Shown here: positions 23,064-30,714 of the stretch, piece by piece
Numbering within the stretch: position 1 is the first letter of the stretch
Layout: every line of letters starts with the position of its first letter
Source: Desulfobulbus propionicus DSM 2032
GTDB lineage: Bacteria; Desulfobacterota; Desulfobulbia; Desulfobulbales; Desulfobulbaceae
Length of the DNA: 32,000 bases
Direction: 5' to 3'
Assembly (NCBI RefSeq): GCF_000186885.1
Contig: NC_014972.1
Coordinates: 1,650,001 to 1,682,000 of the forward strand
Position numbers and translations under genes: made by a program
Notes under the pieces: model-generated
Told to the model about the DNA's origin: nothing
Database searches by the model: none
What the model saw: the letters and a program-made list of their open reading frames with translations, nothing else

Positions 23064-24036
23064 AGGCCGCTGGAACGCCTGCCTGCTCTGCCTGTTGATC
23101 CTGGCCGGCATGCTGGTGCATGGCTGCGACGACGACCACCACAACAATCTCAAAGAAAATTCTCCCGCAAAACAAATCAGTATGGATCATCCTGAAATCA
23201 TGCAACTCCTGTTTCGCCCGATTCAGGTGGCGAAAAACACCCCACCCGAAGGGGCAATCGACATCGACGTGCCGGTCGCCGACGGCGTCACCATTGCCTG
23301 CCGGCTGTATGGCCACGCCCCTTCGTCCTCGACCCTGATCTTTTTTCACGGCAACGGCGAAATCATTCCCGATTACGATGAAATTGGCCCCTCTTACGTC
23401 CGCGAGGGGCTCAATTTCCTGGTCGCCGAGTATCGCGGCTACGGCTGGAGCACCGGCACCCCCCTGACCAGCACCCTGCTGCCGGACAGCAATGCGGTGT
23501 TTCTCTTTTTGACACAATGGCTCAAACAGCAGGGCTACACCGGCGCTCTGTTTGTCATGGGCCGTTCCCTGGGAAGCGCCAGTGCCATCGACGTGGCGGT
23601 CAATCACAGCGACGAGCTCACCGGGCTGATCATCGAATCCGGTTTTGCCAAAACCCTGCCGCTGGCCAAAATGCTGGGGGTCGATCTGGCGGTCATGGGC
23701 ATCACCGAGGAGCAGGGGTTCAACAACAGCGGCAAGATCGCCCGGTTCACCAAGCCCACCTTCATCCTCCACGGCCAGTACGACCAGCTGATCCCCCTGT
23801 GGCAGGCCGAAACCCTGCAGGCGGAGAGCGGCGCCAAAAACAAGGAGTTGCAGATCGTGCCGGGCGCGGACCACAATTCGCTCATTGCCGTGGCCGGGCC
23901 GCTCTACTTCCAGGCGATTCGTAAATTCGTCGACAAGGCCGCCGGCACCGCCCCGGACTGGCGTGAGCGGCGGCGGCAGTTCAAGGCGCAGCAGGCCGCA
24001 CGCCAGGCGCAACAGGCCGCCGGAAATACGCCATGA
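23047..24036 (+). CDS. Alpha/beta hydrolase (exported or lipoprotein-like)
   Basis: The N-terminus MANQPEGRWNACLLCLLILAGMLVHGCDDD resembles a signal sequence with a lipobox-like Cys. It has LIFFHGNGE (oxyanion HG), the nucleophile elbow GRSLGS, and later QYDQLIP...GADHN (Asp/His). It overlaps the regulator stop by 17 nt. Confidence 0.8.
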   Translation: MANQPEGRWNACLLCLLILAGMLVHGCDDDHHNNLKENSPAKQISMDHPEIMQLLFRPIQVAKNTPPEGAIDIDVPVADGVTIACRLYGHAPSSSTLIFFHGNGEIIPDYDEIGPSYVREGLNFLVAEYRGYGWSTGTPLTSTLLPDSNAVFLFLTQWLKQQGYTGALFVMGRSLGSASAIDVAVNHSDELTGLIIESGFAKTLPLAKMLGVDLAVMGITEEQGFNNSGKIARFTKPTFILHGQYDQLIPLWQAETLQAESGAKNKELQIVPGADHNSLIAVAGPLYFQAIRKFVDKAAGTAPDWRERRRQFKAQQAARQAQQAAGNTP

Positions 24037-24527
24037 CCAGCAAACGGACCGATTACCTGTCCTGGGACGAATACTTCATGGCCGTGGCCATCCTTTCCGG
24101 CCACCGGTCCAAGGACCCCAACACCCAGGTGGGGGCCTGCGTGGCCAACAGCCAGAACAAGATCGTCGGCGTCGGCTACAACGGCTTTCCCTGGGGCTGC
24201 TCGGACGACGAACTGCCCTGGTCCCGGGAAGGCAGCTATCTGGATACCAAGTATCCCTATGTGTGCCATGCCGAACTCAACGCGGTGCTCAACTCGATCA
24301 CCTACGACTTGCGCGATTGCCGGCTGTATGTGGCTCTTTTTCCGTGCAACGAGTGCACCAAGGTCATTATTCAGGCCGGCATCCGCGAGATAATCTATCT
24401 TTCCGACAAGTACAAGGAGAGCGATTCGGTGCTGGCGTCGAAGATCATGTTGGACAAATCCAACACCACCTATCGCCAATTTTTTCCGTCGCGGGATTCG
24501 GTGCTGCTCAAATTCAGCGTCGACTGA
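24033..24527 (+). CDS. dCMP (deoxycytidylate) deaminase
   Basis: SWDEYFMAVAILSGHRSKDPNTQVGACV...GYNGFP...VCHAELNAV...LYVALFPCNECTKVIIQAGIREIIY contains the HAE ... PCxxC zinc motif of dCMP deaminases. ATGA start/stop overlap with the hydrolase gene. Confidence 0.9.
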   Translation: MTSKRTDYLSWDEYFMAVAILSGHRSKDPNTQVGACVANSQNKIVGVGYNGFPWGCSDDELPWSREGSYLDTKYPYVCHAELNAVLNSITYDLRDCRLYVALFPCNECTKVIIQAGIREIIYLSDKYKESDSVLASKIMLDKSNTTYRQFFPSRDSVLLKFSVD

Positions 24528-24624
24528 TATTGCCGACTGCGGCGCGATCCTTGTCCGGATGCGCCGCCACGGCCCCGACGTACCGTACCCGCCATTTTTT
24601 TGTCAATATCAACCAAGGAACCGA

Positions 24625-25860
24625 ATGCAATTTGAACAACTGGCTCTGCCAGAACCCCTCGGCAAGGGTATTGCCGAAGCAGGATTCACCGAATGTACGC
24701 CCATCCAGGAACTGACCCTTCCCCTCACCCTCGGCGGCAAGGACGTGGCCGGCCGCGGCCAGACCGGCACCGGCAAGACCGCCGCCTTTCTCATCACCCT
24801 GTTTGACCGGCTGCTGAAAAACAATCCGCCCGCAAGCCCGAATCCTCGCGCCCTGATCCTGGCCCCGACCCGCGAGCTGGTGGTGCAGATCCATCAGGAT
24901 GCGCTGCTATTGGGCAAGCACTGCGGCTTTTCCATCCAGGCGGCGTACGGCGGGGTGGACTACAACAAACAGCGCGAGGCCCTGCGCACCGGGGTCGATG
25001 TCCTGATCGGCACCCCCGGTCGGTTGATCGATTTTCTCAAACAGAAGATCTACACCCTTGCTGATATCGAGATGCTGGTCATCGACGAGGCCGATCGCAT
25101 GTTCGACCTGGGGTTCATCGGCGACCTGCGCTTTCTCCTCCGCCGGCTGCCGGCCTTTGACAAGCGCCAAAATCTGATGTTCTCCGCCACCCTCAACCAT
25201 CGGGTGATGGAACTGGCCTACGAGTTCATGAACATGCCCGAGAAGGTCAGTGTCAGCGGCGACAGCATGACCGCAGACAAGATCGAGGAGATTCTCTTCC
25301 ACGTTTCCAGCAAGGAGAAGTTTCCTCTCCTGCTCGGCTTGCTGCGTCGCGAGGGCATGGAACGGACCATGATTTTCGTCAACACCAAGCGCGAGGGCGA
25401 GCGGCTGCAGGCCCGGTTGATGGCCAACGACCACCCCTGCCGCCTGATCTCCGGCGATGTGGCCCAGGAAAAACGTTTGCGGATCATGCGCGATTTCAAG
25501 GCGGGCAAGCTGCCGATGCTGATCGCCACCGACGTGGCCTCGCGCGGGCTGCACATCGAGGGGGTGTCGCATGTGATCAACTACGATTTGCCCGAGGACT
25601 GCGAGGACTACGTGCACCGCATCGGCCGCACGGCCCGGGCCGGAGCCGAAGGCAAGGCCATCTCCCTGGCCGACGAGACCGGGGTGCTTTCCCTGGAAGC
25701 CATCGAGGAATACATCGGCCACCCGATCCCCACCGAGTGGGCCGAGGACGAACTGTTTGTCATCGACTACAAGCATCCACCGAGAACGGCTCGCAGAAAC
25801 ACGAAACCCGTGAACACGACGCCCAGGGGAGGGAAGGCCCGCTCGGGCAGGCGGCGTTGA
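24625..25860 (+). CDS. DEAD-box ATP-dependent RNA helicase (RhlB-like) with basic C-terminal tail
   Basis: Q-motif GFTECTPIQ, motif I GQTGTGKTAAF, PTRELV, motif II VIDEADRM, SAT, ...MIFVNTK..., HRIGRTARAG, and tail RRNTKPVNTTPRGGKARSGRRR. ATG 24625 with AAGGAA upstream; the track start at 24559 is unsupported. Confidence 0.95.
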   Translation: MQFEQLALPEPLGKGIAEAGFTECTPIQELTLPLTLGGKDVAGRGQTGTGKTAAFLITLFDRLLKNNPPASPNPRALILAPTRELVVQIHQDALLLGKHCGFSIQAAYGGVDYNKQREALRTGVDVLIGTPGRLIDFLKQKIYTLADIEMLVIDEADRMFDLGFIGDLRFLLRRLPAFDKRQNLMFSATLNHRVMELAYEFMNMPEKVSVSGDSMTADKIEEILFHVSSKEKFPLLLGLLRREGMERTMIFVNTKREGERLQARLMANDHPCRLISGDVAQEKRLRIMRDFKAGKLPMLIATDVASRGLHIEGVSHVINYDLPEDCEDYVHRIGRTARAGAEGKAISLADETGVLSLEAIEEYIGHPIPTEWAEDELFVIDYKHPPRTARRNTKPVNTTPRGGKARSGRRR

Positions 25861-25901
25861 GCGGACAGGACAAGGCCGCGCTGAAGCGCGAGGTGCACGA
25901 C

Positions 25902-25939
25902 TCCTGTTCACATCCATCCTGAAAGGCCTGTGAACAGGA
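25902..25939. repeat. 11-bp perfect inverted repeat (TCCTGTTCACA ... TGTGAACAGGA) with 16-nt spacer; possible stem-loop downstream of the helicase gene
   Basis: Read directly: arms at 25902-25912 and 25929-25939. It lies 42 nt after the helicase stop and 53 nt before the DUF202 start. No U-tract. Confidence 0.5.
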
Positions 25940-25991
25940 TCAGGCGCACGACCACACATCCCCCCATCCCCTTAACGCACAGGAGGCCTGG

Positions 25992-26366
25992 ATGTCCGTT
26001 TTGAAAGATCCCAGAGTGTTTTTTGCAGCGGAGCGGACGTTGCTGGCCTGGACCCGCACCTCGCTCACCCTGATGGCCTTTGGTTTCGTGGTGGAACGGT
26101 TCGGACTCTTCCTCACCACGATCCTGCCCCGGTCCGAGGAAACGTTTCAGCGCGACCTCTCGTTTTGGATCGGCCTTTCGTTCATCCTCCTCGGCTCGTT
26201 GACCTCTGCCATGGCGGTCTGGCAGTACAGGAAAATCCTGCGGACGCTCAATCCCGAAGAAATTCCGACCGGCTATCTGACCAGTCTGGGCGCCTGGGCC
26301 AACCAGATCGTGGCCGTCCTCGGTCTGGCCCTGACCGTGTATCTCTTCCGGGGTTCAATGGTATGA
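25992..26366 (+). CDS. DUF202 (YidH-family) inner-membrane protein
   Basis: FFAAERTLLAWTRTSLTLMAFGFVVERF is the DUF202 signature (ERT.LAW.RT), followed by two further TM helices. GGAGG RBS. Confidence 0.85.
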   Translation: MSVLKDPRVFFAAERTLLAWTRTSLTLMAFGFVVERFGLFLTTILPRSEETFQRDLSFWIGLSFILLGSLTSAMAVWQYRKILRTLNPEEIPTGYLTSLGAWANQIVAVLGLALTVYLFRGSMV

Positions 26367-26634
26367 TTTTCACGCCGGGAATTTTTCAAGGCCGAAGAGG
26401 TTGAAGGGAAACCCACTCGCCTGCCGACTCGTGTGAGCCTGGCGCATGACCGGAGAGCTTCCATGGTTATTGAATGCCCGTTGTCGGGCGTGATTGCCCG
26501 CTGGTTTGCAGGGTCAGAGCGAGCGTCGGCCCACAAGTACAGCTGGCCCAAGATCATGAACACCCGCCACGGGCATGTGCAGGGTTTCAATGCCCGGGCG
26601 ATGATGTGACGGTGGCCCAACGCTGTTCGGAGCT

Positions 26635-26985
26635 TTATGCGGGAGGTTCGTTAGTCTCTTCAAAGATGAAACCATACCATGGCCGCCTGTTCATATAACC
26701 AAGCGAATAGCATTCCATCTTCTGTTCCGCGTGTTTTCGCGCCATGTACTCCATCCATGCCGATGCCTGCAATCGGCTCGGAAACGGTCCCACCTCGACG
26801 ATGGGGCGATGGGCTATGCCTTTCTTGTCCAAAAACCTGTTGATTTCCGTCATTTCTTGATAGATGGCCGCTTGCATGCCGCGTTGTTCCTTGCGTGTCG
26901 TCCGTTGCTGTTGATGAACATGCCCCTTGATGTCGGTCAAAGGGAAGAATAATCGTTGGTCTCTTGCTGCGGTGCGTGTGCGCAT
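26635..26985 (-). CDS. Hypothetical protein (start uncertain: ATG 26985 or ATG 26877)
   Basis: ORF in a lower-GC stretch. ATG 26877 has AAGGAA upstream. ATG 26985 lies 8 nt after the stop of the upstream ORF. The segment ...GIAHRPIVEVGPFPSRLQASAWMEYMARK... is only loosely SPOR-like. No confident family. Confidence 0.35.
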   Translation of the reverse strand: MRTRTAARDQRLFFPLTDIKGHVHQQQRTTRKEQRGMQAAIYQEMTEINRFLDKKGIAHRPIVEVGPFPSRLQASAWMEYMARKHAEQKMECYSLGYMNRRPWYGFIFEETNEPPA

Positions 26986-26993
26986 GGCCGGCT

Positions 26994-27290
26994 CTACAGC
27001 CGTGCGTACATGCGCGTCGCCCTCTTGTTCCCGCTCTTGTCGAGAACGGTTTCCTGAGATGCGCTGGCTTGTTTTGCCGGCATGACCGGTTCTGCTTGTT
27101 TGTTGCCGGTCAAATCAGCGCAGTGGAAAAAGAGATACCAATCATCCCGCTGCGCGTGCGCCGGTTTCTTTTTCCCTTCCGTGGATGAAGGGCCACCAAA
27201 CAGACGACCCGCCATCCGTCCGGCGACGGTCACTCCATGAATCAGGCAAAGGAGCAGGATGGATCCGGTGAAGAACATATTCGCTTCCAT
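26994..27290 (-). CDS. Hypothetical small membrane-anchored protein (98 aa)
   Basis: A strong RBS (TAAGGAGGAAACA) sits directly before the ATG. The N-terminal TM helix is FFTGSILLLCLIHGVTVAG, followed by a basic, low-complexity region. Confidence 0.45.
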   Translation of the reverse strand: MEANMFFTGSILLLCLIHGVTVAGRMAGRLFGGPSSTEGKKKPAHAQRDDWYLFFHCADLTGNKQAEPVMPAKQASASQETVLDKSGNKRATRMYARL

Positions 27291-27347
27291 TGTTTCCTCC
27301 TTACGGCTGAAAAGCGTTCTTCTTGAGAGGAAACGAGGCCGGTAACC

Positions 27348-28232
27348 TTATAGAGGATCGCGTACCCCGTTTTTCCCTAATCGTTTCACCACTAAAGTCG
27401 GCAAGGGCGAAATGGCGGCCACCCGTTCCACCACGCTGCCCATGAGCAGGGTCCCCAAAGCCGTTCGACCGTAGGTGCCCAGAACAATCAGATCGATGTG
27501 ATGCTTCTCGCCGTATTTGACGATTTTATCGTACGGCGCACCATGGACGATTTCGGTGGTCACCTTCACGCCCAGGCGTTCGCCCTGGCCGGCAAGGGTT
27601 TGAAGAGGCGGAAAACTCCGTCTTCGCGCCTCTTCCAGAACGCCGTAGAGAAAGCTTCGCTCCAGGGGGATGTCCAGCACGGTCAGGGCATGGACCTCGC
27701 CGCCAAAGGCCAGGGCCAATTCCAGGGCCCGTTGTCCGGCTTCCATGCTGTAGCGGGAACCGTCGATTCCGACCAGGATCCGGGAGAAGTTGATCGCCGA
27801 ATGTTCCGGAATCATCAGGACATCGCAGGGGCTGCATCCAATCACCTTGGCGGTGGTTCTTCCCAGGAAGACCCGTTCCAGCGTTGATCGTTTGGGGTAG
27901 CCCATCAGCACCAGCCCCGCGTTTTCCTGCTCCGCCGCATGCACGATCTCCTCGGTCGGATCGCCGATGGCGTGCAGGGTGCGCAACGGCTGTCCGGCGG
28001 TCAACGCCTCCTGCCTGGCGTCTTCCAGGCACTGGATGAACGGCTGGCTGAGCTGCTGGTCGGCGTTGGCGATTTTCCACCGATGCATGTTGCCCTCGTA
28101 TCGGGGCGTCACCGAGATGGCGATCAGTTGTGCTTTGAGAAAAAGGGCCAGGCGCAGCGCCTGCTGAAATACCGCCTGGCTTGATTTGCCCGGGTCCAGG
28201 GCGACAAGGATGGTGCTGATGCCTTCGGTCAT
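27348..28232 (-). CDS. Tandem universal stress protein (two UspA domains)
   Basis: Start MTEGISTILVALDPGKSS (GGGAGGAAA RBS). Each half has the Usp pattern (ILVA.D.s..s..a...A..la......l..l.V ... DLIV(L/M)G..gR..l....lGS....V......PvL(V/M)(V/I)). The first half ends ...GLVLMGYPKRSTLERVFLGRTTAKVIGCSPCDVLMIP and the second ...DLIVLGTYGRTALGTLLMGSVVERVAAISPLPTLVVK. Confidence 0.85.
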   Translation of the reverse strand: MTEGISTILVALDPGKSSQAVFQQALRLALFLKAQLIAISVTPRYEGNMHRWKIANADQQLSQPFIQCLEDARQEALTAGQPLRTLHAIGDPTEEIVHAAEQENAGLVLMGYPKRSTLERVFLGRTTAKVIGCSPCDVLMIPEHSAINFSRILVGIDGSRYSMEAGQRALELALAFGGEVHALTVLDIPLERSFLYGVLEEARRRSFPPLQTLAGQGERLGVKVTTEIVHGAPYDKIVKYGEKHHIDLIVLGTYGRTALGTLLMGSVVERVAAISPLPTLVVKRLGKNGVRDPL

Positions 28233-28257
28233 GGCGGTTTCCTCCCGGAGCTGATGA

Positions 28258-29313
28258 TTACCCGTTGGCGGCGATCCTTTCCAATCGCCTTGCCTTGAAC
28301 AGGCTGGACAGGATGATCGACGCCCCCACCAGCAAGGCAAAACACATGATGGCAAAACTGAGTTGGGTCATCAGCTTGACCGCGCCATCGCTCAACAGGA
28401 CCAGATGCAGTTCGTTGAGATACTTGGGGATGGCGAAAAACCGGCTGACCGCGACGATGAGCATGATCGTGGCCATCACGTATTTGATCATGTATTCCTT
28501 GACATAGGTGGTACCGATCGCACCCAGCTGGACGCCAAACAGCGAGCCGGCAAGGATGATCATCACTAGGCGGATGTCGACCATGCCGTAATAGGCCCAA
28601 ATCAGGGTGCCGCCCAATCCCATGACAAAGGCGATGACCAGCTCGGTGGCCGAGGCGACGATACTGGTGGCGCCGATGATGTACATCAACCCCGGCACGC
28701 CGATGAAGCCGCCGACGGCGATGGTGGCCGCCAACATGCCGGTGGCCACGGCGACCGGCACCAGGAACCAGAGACTGATGCGCAGATTGGCGGTCTTGAG
28801 GGTGAGCATCGGCCACAGTTCGATCCGCTGCAGACGCTTGGCCAGGGAGGGGACGCTTTCGCTTGTTCCGCCAGCGCGCTTCATCGTGATGGCGTCGCGC
28901 ATGACAAAGGAACCGACCGTCACCAGCACCAGCACAAAGATGAAGCTGACATACAGGTTGGAACCTGCCTGCCCCCATCTGTCGAGAATGTATTTTTGCA
29001 CCATGATGCCCGCCTGGACACCGATTTCCGCGAAAACGCCCATGATGAGTCCGAGCTTGATATCCACCTGGCCGTATTTGTAGCGCTTGATGGCGCCGAC
29101 CAGGGCCTTGGGGAATTTGTGGCACATGTTGCTGGCCACGGCCACGGTTCCGGGAACTCCGAGGCTCATCATGCCGGGAGTCAGCACAAAGGCCCCGCCG
29201 GAGCCGATGAACCCGCTGACCAGGCCGCCGATGAACCCGACCAGGAAAAGAAAGGTGATCGTGTAGACGTTGAGATCGATGAACTGTATGACTTCACTGA
29301 CTGGGCCGTGCAT
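28258..29313 (-). CDS. TauE/SafE (DUF81) family anion-exporter-like membrane protein
   Basis: FLFLVGFIGGLVSGFIGSGGAFVLTPGMMSLGVP... and a second half ...GMLAATIAVGGFIGVPGLMYIIG... show the duplicated 4-TM TauE/SafE pattern with G-rich motifs. AGGAGG RBS. Confidence 0.85.
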   Translation of the reverse strand: MHGPVSEVIQFIDLNVYTITFLFLVGFIGGLVSGFIGSGGAFVLTPGMMSLGVPGTVAVASNMCHKFPKALVGAIKRYKYGQVDIKLGLIMGVFAEIGVQAGIMVQKYILDRWGQAGSNLYVSFIFVLVLVTVGSFVMRDAITMKRAGGTSESVPSLAKRLQRIELWPMLTLKTANLRISLWFLVPVAVATGMLAATIAVGGFIGVPGLMYIIGATSIVASATELVIAFVMGLGGTLIWAYYGMVDIRLVMIILAGSLFGVQLGAIGTTYVKEYMIKYVMATIMLIVAVSRFFAIPKYLNELHLVLLSDGAVKLMTQLSFAIMCFALLVGASIILSSLFKARRLERIAANG

Positions 29314-29381
29314 GGTGTCCTCCTGTGGGCTGTTGTGACTGCATGTGGTGTGTTAGGCGTTCCATCCCGCTGCCCAGGGTC

Positions 29382-30224
29382 TCAGGCATTCAGCTGCAGC
29401 CGAGGCCGGGTATCCGGACGAGGGGCAACGACCGGCTCCGTGAGCGGACGGTCCTGCTCCACCCGCGGCGCGGCGGTTTTCCTGGAGGCTTCGATCCCGA
29501 GTGCCGACCAGAAGGCGCTGGTGAAGTTGCCGTGGAAAAAGGACACCGCAAAGACCGTTGCCACCGGCAGCACCGCGAACAAACCACCCTTGGCGAAATA
29601 GGTCATTACAACATCCTGGTTGGCAAACACAGCCGCGTACAATCCCGTTGTCAGGGTGCCAAAAAGGAAACAATTCTTCACGTGCCGTTTTCTGCTGGTG
29701 GTGGACATAGCTGTTACTCCTTTGTTGTTGGGGGGATGAATAAGGGTCCTCTTGCGCTGACCTTGGTTGGTTGTGATGACGGGAAAAACAGGAACCGGAG
29801 AATGTTTGGCGACCTCGCCCAGGCGGATGCCCTTGTCGATGATGACGAATTCGATCCGTTTCTTGGCGTGGCAGAGCCGGCTGACGACGACGCCCACCTT
29901 GCCCTCCTCGCGGAGATGCTCGATGGCCACTTTCTTGGTCTTTGCCTTGCCGCGAAACAGAGCCGTGCTCTCTTCCATGGCCGCAGCGAACAGCCGACAG
30001 CGTCTACCGCTGTCCTTGTAAAAGGGAAGGGTGTCGACATGGACCGTGACAATGCCGTAGCCCAGCCGATGGGCCACATTGAGGGCATAGTCCATGACAT
30101 GCTCGGACAGGTGTCCGTTGCGCGTCACCACGAGAATGTAAGGACGATCCTGATGGTGCTCGACCCGGTGGTCGAGGAGGGGCGGGGAGGAGGCTGACGG
30201 ATCACGCCTCTCTATGGCAACCAT
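29382..30224 (-). CDS. Usp-like (adenine-nucleotide alpha-hydrolase fold, tentative) domain fused in frame to a 2-TM C-terminal module; possibly two overlapping translation products
   Basis: ATG 30224 follows GGGAGG. The N-terminal ~165 aa (RPYILVVTRNGHLSEHVMDYALNVAHRLGYGIVTVHV...KRIEFVIIDKGIRLGEVAKHSPVPVFPV) are loosely Usp-like. The internal ATG 29708 (MSTTSRKRHVKNCFLFGTLTTGLYAAVFA...GGLFAVLPVATVFAVSFFHG) is preceded by AAAGGAG at 8-nt spacing, with no intervening stop. Confidence 0.6.
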   Translation of the reverse strand: MVAIERRDPSASSPPLLDHRVEHHQDRPYILVVTRNGHLSEHVMDYALNVAHRLGYGIVTVHVDTLPFYKDSGRRCRLFAAAMEESTALFRGKAKTKKVAIEHLREEGKVGVVVSRLCHAKKRIEFVIIDKGIRLGEVAKHSPVPVFPVITTNQGQRKRTLIHPPNNKGVTAMSTTSRKRHVKNCFLFGTLTTGLYAAVFANQDVVMTYFAKGGLFAVLPVATVFAVSFFHGNFTSAFWSALGIEASRKTAAPRVEQDRPLTEPVVAPRPDTRPRLQLNA

Positions 30225-30279
30225 GTTTCGCCTCCCAGCGGATTGTTTCTCAAGAGTTGAATGGGTTCTGCCCTGCTAT

Positions 30280-30296
30280 ACCAAGAACCGTGCCAT
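30280..30296 (-). promoter_or_regulatory. Candidate sigma-54 (-24/-12) promoter for the Usp-like/TauE/Usp operon
   Basis: Minus strand reads aaTGGCACGgttcTTGGta. The -24 element is perfect (TGGCACG) and the spacing is correct. The -12 element is TTGG instead of TTGC. It lies about 55 nt upstream of ATG 30224. Confidence 0.3.
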
Positions 30297-30575
30297 TGGG
30301 GGTTTTTTGCATATCATCCTGATGTGACAATATTTTTTTCTTGTTGTCGATCGGGCGGCCAGGACGACGATTGTTGCAAAAAGAAACACTGGTCCGACAA
30401 TAGACTATTGAGGCCCTCTGGAGTGTTGCATTGTGCAACTTTTGCTTTGCTGGGCTGCAACAGGGGCGGGTGCAAGGACGTCCTTGGCAGGGGGTGTCAA
30501 GGGCGGTGGAAGCGGCAGGAATCGTTGTTTTGCTCCCTGATCAGGGGGAAGCCCGGTCGATGCCAGACTTCGATA

Positions 30576-30591
30576 AGGCATTAGTCTTGCA
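30576..30591 (+). promoter_or_regulatory. Candidate sigma-54 (-24/-12) promoter for the REC-Lon gene
   Basis: aGGCATtagtcTTGCAa has GG-N10-GC spacing and a perfect -12 TTGCA. It matches 9 of 12 specified consensus positions (TGGCACG-N4-TTGCA). It lies about 125 nt upstream of ATG 30715. Confidence 0.3.
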
Positions 30592-30714
30592 AAAATTCTC
30601 CTGTCGTTTGTATATCCACAGAAGCCGGACGTCCTTTCATCGGGTATGGGCGCCATTCAAGGCCTCCCGGAGGATCATCGTCAATGGACAGTCAAACAAT
30701 ACGGGGAAATCGAT

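Noticed and set aside
24539-24567. GC-rich imperfect hairpin after the dCMP deaminase gene
   Set aside because: The stem has a bulge and the T-tract (24595-24601) is about 28 nt away. A terminator is plausible but not supportable by eye.
22942-25959. 356-aa (22942-24012), 191-aa (23904-24479), 276-aa (23885-24715) and 350-aa (24907-25959) ORFs
   Set aside because: They are antisense to, or out of frame with, the hydrolase, dCMP deaminase and DEAD-box helicase genes, each of which has clear catalytic motifs.
28229-29125. 298-aa minus-strand ORF and other frames over the TauE gene
   Set aside because: It is an alternative frame of the TauE/SafE gene. It is Arg/His/Gly-rich with no membrane character, whereas the 351-aa frame has the family motifs and an AGGAGG RBS.
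30540-30575. Cobalamin-riboswitch-like string (GGGGAAGCCCGGTCGATGCCAGAC)
   Set aside because: It resembles only a few bases of the GGGAAGCCGGTG core. There is no B12 box or the expected surrounding helices, and the downstream gene (Lon) has no link to cobalamin.
30261-30584. 107-aa plus-strand ORF (and 30431-30853) in the REC-Lon upstream region
   Set aside because: No RBS, Cys/Arg/Gly-rich composition, and it spans what looks like promoter and UAS DNA. Treated as non-coding.
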